Assembly (NCBI RefSeq): GCF_001194135.2
Contig: NC_069003.1
Span: forward strand, 1,903,658-1,967,657
DNA length: 64,000 bases
Origin: Octopus bimaculoides
Taxonomy: Eukaryota
Direction of reading: 5' to 3'
Each line of letters opens with the position of its first letter. Positions within the stretch are counted from its first letter, which is position 1. Positions 53,172 through 64,000 of this stretch are shown piece after piece. The notes beneath the pieces are model-generated. The model did no database searches. It saw only the letters and a list, made by a program, of their open reading frames with translations, and was not told the origin of the DNA. A program made the position numbers and the translations under genes.

Positions 53172-54339
53172 CATGTATATGCATGCATATATATATGTAT
53201 GCGTGTACATATCTCTCTATATATGTATGTATATATGTGTGTGTGTGTGTGTGTGTGTATGTGTGTGTGTGTGTGTGTGTGCGTGCGTGTGTACACAGTG
53301 AAAGGAAACCACGTGGACGAGTTGAGATGTATAATTGAGATTGGACGTGGAAGGACGTGATAGACAAAAAAGACAAAAAATACACAGTAAAATACAGCAC
53401 GAATGAAAGAGTGAACGAGTGAAAGAAAAACGAAGGAACAATGTGAGCGTGAACAACGCAAAGAAAAATAAAAAATAAATATTAAAAACAGAAGAAAGAA
53501 AAAAAGAATTTTCGAGAATAAAAGTTTCAATGAGTAAGTTATCATTTTCGTCGTCATCTTCCTTCACGTTCTTCGAAGTTTCTGCGACACAATTCTTATT
53601 AAATGCATCAGTCCACATATTCTATGAATTTTCACACATCGCTACATACCAAGGATTTCGAAATTCTCAGCTAGACAACTAGATACATAGCTGATTACAT
53701 CACCTTATGGAATTTCTGTCGTTTTCTTTCAGTGTTATTCCATCTTCTGCCATTGTCGTTCTGTTGTATTGTTTGCGAAAGTTCTGAATTTAAAACAATA
53801 GTATTTTTTTTTTTCTTGTGTGAATGAGATGTCGATTTTGTAATTTTGTAATTTCATTTTTTGTTTTTATTATAATTTTTTTTTTACTAGGATTTAAACT
53901 TTAATTTTGATAAATGAAAAATTACAAAATAAAAAGAAAAAAAAAGCTTGATTGTGTAATGAGAATGCACTGATTTTTATGGTACAATTATTAATAATAA
54001 TGAGGTGGTTGGTATCATGATAATAATAATAATAATGATAATAATAGTAATAATAATAATAATAATAATAATGTTAATATTATCATTATCATTTTTTATT
54101 ATTACTGACGTCCTAATCATCATCATATTTCAAACAAAGACACAAAGCTTGTAGTTCGGTGTAGAGGAATATTCTATCAAATCTAGCATTTGACAGTTAT
54201 TCTATCGAACGAAGAAATATGAAGGCGACGTTATGATCAACGAAAAAATAATGCTAATGAAAAATATTGAATACGTATGAAGAGGCAATGGTTCACTGAT
54301 CCACCCTAAAATGTATTATAGAATGCCAAATATTTTATT

Positions 54340-54730
54340 TCTCAAAATGTATTAACATCCAAATTATTTCTTTTATATTCACCACAACAATGTCCGGTTT
54401 CTAATGTCGTCTCAGATGATAGCACTGTATTATTGCATCCAACAGAATTTTAAAGATTTCATTGTCTGTGACACCTTCTAGAGTTTGCTCATGCCACGTC
54501 TTTGTGCTTGTAGACCTTGATTTTCACAAAGTTCCCAATGGATCATTCTTGCCATATTGTCATGACGTCTTTTCCATTCGCGTTGTGCCAATTTCGGACA
54601 TTCGCTAACGAGGTGCCATACCGTTTCACTCATCTCACCACACATTCTGCATTTGTCGCTGTCGGTAATGTTATGAATTCTGCACTTCATATAGTTGGTT
54701 CGTAACGCTCGTTCTTGTACTATTGAAGTT
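54340..54730 (-). mobile_element. R4/Dong-like non-LTR retrotransposon fragment: CCHC zinc knuckle plus start of the REL endonuclease
   Basis: QERALRTNYMKCRI..DKCRMCGEMSETVWHLVSECPKLAQREWKRRHDNMARMIHWELC, then (frameshifted) TWHEQ..FKILLDAIIQC..KPDIVVV (PD motif of REL). Confidence 0.9.
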
Positions 54731-54847
54731 CAAGAGAGATTAACCAGAGAGGAAAGTGTTTGTCTCTAAACATTTTCACACGCGTCCAGTTTACACATTC
54801 TTTCGCCATAGCCACAAGGCCCTGTGTATGTATAAATATTAATATAT

Positions 54848-55211
54848 CTATTGTTGTTGGCACTCCGTCGCCCACGACCTCGAGGGTTCCAGTTGATCCA
54901 ATTACCGGAACAGCCTGCTCGTGAAATTAACGTGCAAGTGAATGAGCACTCCACAAACACGTGTACCTCTAACGTAGTTCTCGGGGATATTCGGCGTGAC
55001 AGTGTGACAAGGCTGACCCTTTGAATTACAGGCACAACAGAAACAGGAAGAGTGAGAGAAAGTTGTGGTGAAAGAGTACAGTAGGGTTCACCACCATCCC
55101 CTGCTGGAGCCTCGTGGAGTTTTAGGTGTTTTCGCTCAATAAACACTCACAGCGCTCGGTCTGGGAATCGAAACCGCGATCCTATGACTGCAAGCCCGCT
55201 ACCCTAACCAC
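54848..55211 (-). mobile_element. Longer tRNA-derived SINE, family D
   Basis: Minus-strand head GTGGTTAGGGTAGCGGGCTTGCAGTCATAGGATCGCGGTTTCGATTCCCAG with A/B-box-like motifs, followed by a GC-richer non-coding body. Confidence 0.75.
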
Positions 55212-55517
55212 AAATAAAGATATCTATATACGTTATGATATATGCGTGTGTGTGTGAATGTGTATGTATGTATGTGTGTATGTATATATATATATATATA
55301 TGTGTGTGTTTGTGTCGATATATACATATTTGTATGTATGTATGTATGTATGTGTGTGTGGGTATCTGTGTGTTTGTATTTTTGGGTCTATACACATGAT
55401 AAAAAAAAACGAATTGCTTGCTCACATACAGACGCAGATAGTCATATATCCGCACTGGTAACACTCACGCAAATACATCTATTCGTGAAATATGGAAATC
55501 AGAAAAGAAGCCAAAAA

Positions 55518-55552
<35 letters not shown>

Positions 55553-55713
55553 CTATTTAATGTCGGTGAATATGTATTCTTTAGATATCTCGGAATTGTT
55601 CTGTTTTCTTCGGAAATGCTTTCTTCAATAGAATCGACAAAAGTCTCCGCTGATTACTGTAAAAGATTATTAGAACGAGAAAAACATCAAGTACAAACAC
55701 ATGCACCCCCAAC

Positions 55714-55751
<38 letters not shown>

Positions 55752-55952
55752 CATACATATACACACAAAGGAATACACACACATATGTATTAAAAGTGAA
55801 CGAGAGAGAGACAGAAGTGTGTGAGTGCAAACAAGCAATACTAGAGCGAATTGACGAATACAATTTTGATTAACGTGATCAATGCGGCTGCTCCTGCTAA
55901 CGACTACAATAATGAAAATAATAGCAATAATAATAATAATAATAATAATAAT

Positions 55953-56362
55953 AGGGGAGGGGCATAGTCGATTACATCGCGCTCCGAAAGGATGAAAGGC
56001 AAAGTCGACCTCAGCGAAATATGAACTCAGAACGTAACGGCAAACGAAATACTGCTAAACATTTCGCCCAGTGTGCTAACGATTCTACCAGCTCGCCGCG
56101 TATACAATAATAATAATAATAATAGTAATCTTTCTTACTACAGGCACGAAGCCTAAAATGTGAGGGATTTCATCGACCTCGGTGTTTCACTGGTATTTAA
56201 TATAGCGAGCTCAAAAGGATGCAAAGCAAAGTTGACCTCGGTACTTATTTTTATTGACCCCACGAAAGGATGAAATGCAATGTCGTCCTTTGTTGCATTT
56301 GAGCTCAGAACTCGGCGACAGACGAAAAGCCGCTATTTTCCCAGCATGGGAACAATTCTGCC
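55953..56362 (-). mobile_element. Two adjacent SINE family B copies, the second with a partial internal duplication
   Basis: GAAAGGATGAAAGGCAAAGTCGACCTC-type blocks at about 55986, 56213 and 56265. Confidence 0.8.
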
Positions 56363-56818
56363 TACAATCCTATAAATATTGATATAAATTTCAGCACGAA
56401 GTCAGCAATTTTGGGGAGGGATAAGCCAATTGCTATTACTTCGGCTACAACAACTAAAAGTACGAATTGTAATAATAACAACAACAATAATAATAATAAT
56501 AATAATAATTTTCATTGACAATAAGGAGGTCTAGAAAGGAGGCAACTTGGAAAGAAGTGGAGAGGCCGGCTGGGAATTATTGTATTGATTATAAGGGGAA
56601 CAGGAAGAAAATAAAAGCCTCCCTAATGCTAGTAATTAAAAATAGGAGAATGAAAGTAATGAAAAAAATATGATGCACGAAATATTAAGACTGGTAATAT
56701 CCATTATGAAAACAGTAACAAATAGTAATGATGAAAATAACATTTATGATGAAGATAATGACAATAATAATCATAATTACTATTACAATAATTATGATCG
56801 TCATTATTATGATTATTA

Positions 56819-56859
<41 letters not shown>

Positions 56860-57297
56860 GAAGTAAATAACACGATTATCTGTATGTTATGTTTAAAGTA
56901 TATTGAAGAGTTTACAAGACTGGAAAAAAATTGTAAAAGAATAGATACGGAATGAAAAAAATGATATTAATGGCGGAGAAAAAGAAATTGATAAATTAGA
57001 AATGCTTTCTTTAAGACAAAGAGATGCAGATATACCTAACGGGAAGCAAAATGGTAAACAAAAACAGCAAAAGAAAAACAGCATTATGCAACGTGTAGGA
57101 ATATATATTGGCATATGTCAAAGAATGGTAAGAAAATTACGAAATAATATATCGATAATAGAGGTTACAGAAAAAAATTCACCGCCATATACATACGTGC
57201 ATAGACACACACATACACATATGTATATATATATATATATATGTATCGATATTTGTACGCACGCACATACAAGCACACATACACACACGCACACATA

Positions 57298-57507
57298 AGC
57301 ATATATACCAATACACACACACACACACACATATATACCAATACACACAGGATACACACACACACACATATACCAATACACACAGGATACACACACACAC
57401 ACACATATATACCAATACACACAGGATACACACACACACACACACACATATATACCAATACACACAGGATACACACACACACACACATATACCAATACAC
57501 ACAGGAT

Positions 57508-57525
<18 letters not shown>
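57298..57525. repeat. Compound minisatellite: constant ATACCAATACACACAGGATA core plus variable (CA)n, about 6 units
   Basis: Five full cores and one core lacking GGAT; the spacers differ only in CA copy number. Confidence 0.95.
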
Positions 57526-57559
<34 letters not shown>

Positions 57560-58079
57560 GTATGCATGTATATTAGTATGTATGTATGTATGAAAATATT
57601 TGCTTGCATAGGATAATAGCATATAAGATATATGAGTGTGTGTATATATTTATGTGGTGGGGGTATATGTTGTATATGGTGTGTGCATGTTTGCTAATAT
57701 GGTTGTGTGTAGTTGTGCCTTAAAGGATAATAGTGTACAATACTATGTGAATATATGTATGTATATATACATATGTGTGTGTGTGTGTGTGTGTGTGTGC
57801 GCGTGTATATGTTGTGCACGTGCGCTTTGGTTGATCTGTGCGTGAGTTTCTCTATATGTGTGCGTGTGGTTGTGTATGCAGCAATAAATATATAATGTCT
57901 GATGCACAAAGAAGATATAAAGGGAGAGCGAGAAAGAGAGAGAGAGGTGGAGTACTGACACACAAATTCTAACTCACGTATAAACACAGTCACATGGTCA
58001 CGTAAATAATGAATGCTAAAAAGATAGTTACGTAAACACGGTCTAAAGTGAGAAAAACTAATTTAAAAGCCACCAGAAA

Positions 58080-58440
58080 CAGAACAACAACAACAACAAC
58101 AACAACTGCAGCAACAGCAGCAGCAGCAGTAACAACATGCGCGCTAATACCAAAATAACAAAAATAACAACTTGTAATAAAAGGATGATTAATATGATGA
58201 TGGTTGACACTACTGCTGCTGCTGCTGCTGATGGTGAGGATGATGCTGATGATGGCGATTAAATATGGTGGTGTGAACGACGATAATGATGAAGATATGT
58301 TGATAAGAAGGAGAGTAATGGCGAACGATGAAGTAGATAGGTAAATAAATTGCGAGAGCAGCAGCAACAGCGGCGATGATTTTAGTAGTAGTAGTAGTAG
58401 TGGCAGCAGCAGCAGTAGTAGTAGTTCGTGTTTCTCTTGT
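58080..58440. repeat. Degenerate trinucleotide tract (AAC/AGC/GCT/GAT/AGT)
   Basis: Directly visible. Confidence 0.9.
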
Positions 58441-58589
58441 TCTTTGTTGGTAGTGTTTGAGTTACTGCTGTAGTATTGTAGAATACTAACGACGGCCGTT
58501 CCCGTCGCTTTCGACTTTTGATTGTTTGAAGGAAAGTATTTAAAGACACGGAAAAAATTGTGGAAACAACGTTGAAAAAGAAAAGAATA

Positions 58590-58800
58590 AAAGAACCTGG
58601 AATGGTACAGACATGAAACCGGGGGCGTCAATGAGAACAATGAATATAAGATCTTGTGGTATTTTACAATCCAGTGTGACTCTCTAATCGATGCTCGCAG
58701 AGCAGATATTGTCGTAGTGGATAAGAAAGTAAAGGAAACCAAGATAATATTGCCATTCCAGGGGATGCAGCGTAAGAGTCAAGGAGCTGGAAAAGATGGA
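58590..58800 (+). mobile_element. R4/Dong-like REL endonuclease fragment
   Basis: WYRHETGGVNENNEYKILWYFTIQCDSLIDARRADIVVVDKKVKETKII, then a frameshifted IAIPGD..KELEK. Ends abruptly at a (TG)n run. Confidence 0.85.
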
Positions 58801-58852
58801 AGTTGTGTGTGCGTGTGTGTGTGTGTGTGTGTTTGTGTGTCTGTGTGTCTGT

Positions 58853-58913
<61 letters not shown>

Positions 58914-60299
58914 CACACACATACACGACAGGCTTCATTCGGTTTCCTTCGACCAAATCCAGGTAAAGCTTTGGTCGCTCCGATGCTATAACTGAAGACA
59001 CTTGCTCAATGTGCCACGCAATAGAACTAGATTCAGTATCTGGTGACATTTTTGTTAAAACGTCGTAACAAATATTTACCTCTGCAATGAATAGACCGTA
59101 AATAATCTATAACTTCTCAATTAACGGCATTCTTTCTTAGCAACGCTATCACTGATCGAAGAACTCCACCGCTGCTTAGCACTGAATTGGCAAATGACCC
59201 AAAAGTCCAAACGATCGAGCATCCAAAACAAGCATTGGCTGCTCGCACAAATATAAACATTTCTTATATCGATGAAAAAGATCCCCCGTCAGTCTTAGCA
59301 AGCACGTGGGATATCCCTCTCGGTATTCAATTGAGGCCACTGGGTAAAACACTAAAACATACCACCGTTACAAGCCTTCACTGTACAAAAACAGTCGAGA
59401 TAGAAGATCAAATAGATTAGAGGGAATGCGAGTAACTTATTCGTTTACCGATTTGTGAAATCACGAATTGTTCTTGGGTGGCCATATTACACCTCCATCA
59501 CTTAATTCCTTGATTCATTTTGCTTCACTTTTGTTTTAGCGCATAAAACTTGTCTCTCACAACACATCGTTCCTGCTGAAAAAATGGTCGAGAGCTTTTA
59601 CCGCCGCAAGCATGTCTGTCGCAAAACAGCTAACACAGCTATCGAAGTATGTTTATTTCACATCCTACGCATTTTAGAAGTTTGTGAGGAAATGAATAGA
59701 TACATCTAGTAGCACAAAGGCAACGTGTAAGTATTTTTCTATGCTCTTATTCAAATAGGTTTCTCACACAACTGATTTTATGTGAAGTCATTTAGAATTA
59801 AGCCATAATATTACTTGATTCTTTATCACGCTCTCAAATTCGCAAGCACACAATACTACACACAACTTCTTGCATGCATATATAGATATACGCGTGCGCA
59901 TGTGTGTGTGTGAGTTGTAAATGTTTTACCGAATAATTTTTAAAAATCATTTCATGGCATGTATCGTGACAAAGTATGCTGCAAACGCATTCCACTTGTG
60001 GTGGTAACACGAACAACTGGCAGATACAGGAATGAAAGAGAATTTGAAATTAAATCGACAACACACGTTAGAGTAAAAACATATGGCAGCAGCAACACAG
60101 GAACGTTAAAAATCTTTGAATTTGAAGAAAAATATTCATTGTAGTGTGAGAGAATATCATACTTTTAGTATAATGTGTATACACAGACATGACAAAAGTA
60201 ATTAGACGCCTTTACAAATGTTGAAATTTATTTAAATCTGAAATTATATATTCAAATTATATATATATTATGTGAATATCTAATATTCAGTAGCCATTA

Positions 60300-60670
60300 T
60301 TTTTGCATTATTTAGAAAGCAATGTATCTTTAGGCATGTTAGTCATCAAATGACGTAAATTCTCCTGAAGTATTTCTTGCCAAGTTTCATGCAGTAATCT
60401 CAAAAGGTCTGGCTTTGAGGATGCTTTCTTGATCTTTATACAAAGTATAGTGTCCATTATGCTCCAGAAGTGTTCAATAGGCTTCGCATCTGCTGGTCGG
60501 CTTGGCAATGGAAAATTTTGATATTCTCTTCCAACCAATCTTGGGGCTTTTTAGCCGTGTATCAAGGAGGCCCATATTCCATAAATAGACTTCTTCAATC
60601 ATTTTACATCAGAAGATTGGAAGGAATCCTTTCTACAACTTGGACACATATTTATCCGAGTTTATGTTTC
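60300..60670 (-). mobile_element. Tc1-type DDE transposase C-terminal fragment
   Basis: INSDKYVSKL, FMEYGPP*YTAK..DWLEEN (cf. F.QD.AP.HTAK..W), PSRPADAKPIEHFW (cf. WP.QSPDLNPIENLW) and LHETWQEI..LMTNMP. Confidence 0.8.
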
Positions 60671-60744
60671 CCTCACACTCAGGGGGACTCAGCCTGTCAC
60701 AGAAAGTGATAAGAATGGCGCCTTGTAATTTACAAGTACATCAC

Positions 60745-60863
60745 ATTTTCGCCAACAGAATGGACCGGAGCAACAGGAAATAAAGCTTCTTGCTGAAGGA
60801 CACAACGAACCGCTGGGAATCGAAATCACGACCTTACGACTGTGAGCCGAATGTCCTAATCAC
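60745..60863 (-). mobile_element. tRNA-derived SINE, family E, with a CORE-like block
   Basis: Minus strand: TAGTGATTAGGACATTCGGCTCACAGTCGTAAGGTCGTGATTTCGATTCCCAGC..TTGTGTCCTTCAGCAAG. Confidence 0.75.
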
Positions 60864-61175
60864 TAAAAGTCATGAACGATTTTCTGAAACTGTCGTTCAA
60901 AGGAAGAAAGAAAAATCGGAAAGTTATACCTTTCAGATATTTATCGCTATCGTTGCTATAAACGTACCTTTTGCTAATTTTGTTATTTAATCGATAACGT
61001 TTCAGCTATTTATGTTGTATCTCTATTCACCCACGGCCATTAGACACAGGTCTCAATATCCGGAGAAGATAATAGAATGCATATCTATTTGTTTAAATAT
61101 GTACAACTATTAGGCGTTTTCACGTGCCATTTCGCCTAGGCAGCATTTATATTTCATTATGTGATTTCATGTGAA

Positions 61176-61222
<47 letters not shown>

Positions 61223-61517
61223 NNNNNNNNNNNNNNNNNNNNNNNNNNNNNNNNNNNNNNNNNNNNNNNNNNNNNNNNNNNNNNNNNNNNNNNNNNNNNN
61301 NNNNNNNNNNNNNNNNNNNNNNNNNNNNNNNNNNNNNNNNNNNNNNNNNNNNNNNNNNNNNNNNNNNNNNNNNNNNNNNNNNNNNNNNNNNNNNNNNNNN
61401 NNNNNNNNNNNNNNNNNNNNNNNNNNNNNNNNNNNNNNNNNNNNNNNNNNNNNNNNNNNNNNNNNNNNNNNNNNNNNNNNNNNNNNNNNNNNNNNNNNNN
61501 NNNNNNNNNNNNNNNNN

Positions 61518-61565
<48 letters not shown>

Positions 61566-62463
61566 TACACATATTTATTTGTAGGGGAACATCTTCAGCC
61601 CTGAAAATGAGATTTTAAATAACTTACAGGAAGCTATTATCAGTGCTGTAGCCTCGTACTTGTTCATATGTTTAACCTCCTCCTGTAAATTAAATTTTAC
61701 AAGTATTTGAAATTTGCGTGGGCTACTCAAGAAAGCAGATCTTTCTAATATCTAGTATTCTATATTCACCCGGAAGGAGATAAGTCATTTCCGAAATACG
61801 ACTTACATTGCACACGACGTTTACATATATATATATGTATGTGTGTGTATGTATGTTTGTGTGTGTATGTAAGTATGTATATATATGTATATATGCACAC
61901 CTATCAATCATATTTACTAGAGAGATCGAGTCTATTCTTATAATGAAATCCATTCGAATATAGGTACAAGTCATCGAGTTTTGTGTAGATATGGGTGTTA
62001 ATACGTCGACTCCAGTATTCTGTTGGTATTTATTTTATGGGCACCGAAGAGGAAGAACATTGGAATCGACATCGGCATAACGCGAACTCTGAACGTAATG
62101 AACCGAAAGGAATGCCGTTAAGAATTTTATCCGGTATGCTAACGACTCTTAAGGTTCATCGCATTAATTATTATAATTAAACGGAAATGTAAGTGAATAG
62201 GAGATTTAAAGTGATTTCAAATCTTGGTACAGTATTATATATTTGAAAAACTGATTAGAAACGTCATTTCTAATATTTTTTCTACTTTGATAATTAAATG
62301 TTTATAAGTTATTAGGTGTTTACAAAATTATAAACTTCTAATTATTAAAGTGGGTAAACTATCATAAAACGCCATTTCTATTCATCTTTTCGAATATATG
62401 TACCCTCATATATATACATATATATATATATATGCATGTGTGTGTGTAAGTATGTATGTATTA

Positions 62464-62849
62464 CAGTAGAACCTCTCAGAATGAGTATCCCATTGTACGA
62501 CTAATTTAACGTACGAGCTGAGACTCGTGCGAATTTTTGTCTTGAAGTACGCGTAGAAATCCGCAGTTCGAGCACACAAATCGTCCCATCTTTAAGGTAA
62601 TTCAGTTAATAAAAACAGTTTACAAATTTCTTTTGCATTCTTTTTTTTTATAATTTTCTTTTAACTTATAACTACACCTTTTCTGTTTTAAAACCTATGA
62701 AAAATTATTTTTGAGTGGCTTTTGCTGGGCTGGAACGGATTAATTGTATTTTAGTTAATTTCAATGAATAAACTGATTTGTAAAACGAGTAAATCGTAAG
62801 ACGACCTCGGTCATGGAGCGAATTAAACTTGTATTGCGATGTACCAATA
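62464..62849. mobile_element. Tigger/pogo-like MITE, decayed
   Basis: TA|CAGTAGAACCTC left end. The right end GGAACGGATTAATTG..CGAATTAAACTTGTATTGCGATGTACCAATA|TA is a degenerate inverted terminus (13/23 matches). Confidence 0.5.
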
Positions 62850-63529
62850 TATATATACTTTTCAAGATGAAACAAATATTCTAGAAATACAAACACAGAG
62901 GCACAATGGCACAAAATAACCGTATGAAAGCAGATCAGAGAGCACGATCAGTATTCTCCTGTACTAGTACAGCAATAGTTGCAATATGAAAGTACAATAT
63001 GAGTATAATAAGTTATTTTCTGTATGAGAACAATATTCCATTATGAAATCTTTGCGAAAAACAATAGCTGAATGCAGATGTGTAAAGACACGGTTAAATA
63101 TTTATAATTATTTTATTAGATCGATCACACACGCCAACTCTATACATGTCATGAATACAATACGCTCGCGTCACTCTCTCTTTCTCTCTCTCTTTCTTAC
63201 TCTCTCTCTCTCTCTTTCTCTTTCTATCTATCTAGATTACTCATCACCCTGGCTCCCCAATATTGTTGATTACTACTGACAACTGACAAAGAACTAATTA
63301 ATAGAGATCAAAGTCTGAGACTAACGCGAGTGGCATAACACATTTTTGAGTTTTCCAATTGGTTGCAGGCACTTTTTGTTCGTAGGTTCACGGGGTCGAG
63401 AGAGCGTGTGCATGTTACAGGGGGATGAAGCTAGGGCGGAAGCAGCGGCGACGGAGACGGTGCTCTGTTGGGGTATGTATAGATATATAAGTGTCTATCA
63501 GTTAAATAATTGATGCAGGGAATGTAGGT

Positions 63530-63790
63530 GCTGCGGTGGCGGTGGTGACGATGATGATGATGATGAGAGTGATGGCCGCAATGGGACGTTGTGAGACTTG
63601 TTTTGTTTTTCATTTTGTTGCTCTGATGGTGGTGATGGGGGGGGGGCGAAAGATGGTAGTACTGGGAGGGTGTAATGATTGTTATTCTCGTTCTCTTTAT
63701 GGTAGCGATGCTGCTGATGCTGATAATAGTGTCTGTGGTGGTGGTGGTGGTGGGGGCCCTGGAGATGGTAGTTGTAATCAGCACGATTGT
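63530..63790. repeat. Degenerate GGT/GAT/GCT trinucleotide tract
   Basis: Directly visible. Confidence 0.85.
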
Positions 63791-63904
63791 GAAGTGGACA
63801 TTAACGTTTGAAGTGGTAGAACGTGAGTTGATAATATTGATTTCAAATTTTGGCACAATACCAGCAATTTCTAGGAAAGTGGGTAAGTCGATTATATCGA
63901 CCCT

Positions 63905-63978
63905 GAAGTTCAACAGGTACTTAATTTATCCATCCGAAGTACAACTGGTACTTAATTTATCCACCCCGAAGTACAACC
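63905..63978. repeat. 31-32 bp tandem duplication (about 2.4 copies) inside a SINE B copy
   Basis: GAAGTTCAACAGGTACTTAATTTATCCATCC / GAAGTACAACTGGTACTTAATTTATCCACCCC / GAAGTACAACC. Confidence 0.9.
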
Positions 63979-64000
63979 AGAATCGTTAAAGAATCCCTTC

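Noticed and set aside
57298-57525. CRISPR-like repeat-spacer appearance
   Set aside because: Spacers are only (CA)n, the repeat is non-palindromic and low complexity, the context is eukaryotic and there are no cas genes.

Overview
AT-rich, repeat-saturated eukaryotic DNA with nine N-gaps (about 3.2 kb), each flanked by a microsatellite. The SINE families, microsatellite load and gap style suggest an octopus (coleoid cephalopod) short-read assembly; this is inferred from remembered repeat consensi, not from a search. I found no protein-coding exon, tRNA, rRNA or CRISPR array that I can support, and almost all supplied ORFs are artefacts of microsatellites or N-runs. The window reads as intergenic or deep intronic. 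It contains more than 25 copies or fragments of several tRNA-derived SINE families and many decayed transposon relics: REL-endonuclease (R4/Dong-like) LINE ends, RTE and CR1 fragments, mariner, maT-like and Tc1 transposases, piggyBac-like pieces, a Helentron-type non-autonomous element and a Tigger-like MITE. The most interesting unexplained signals are: (i) polypyrimidine-CAG|GTAAG junctions on the minus strand that look like recursive splice sites; (ii) a perfect 50-bp direct repeat bracketing about 1 kb that contains a CRE-CCAAT-TATA module; (iii) a composite SINE with an internal microsatellite that seems to seed many local microsatellites; (iv) a 1.5-kb frame-hopping Thr/Ser/Pro-rich tract. 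All family assignments come from manual motif recognition.
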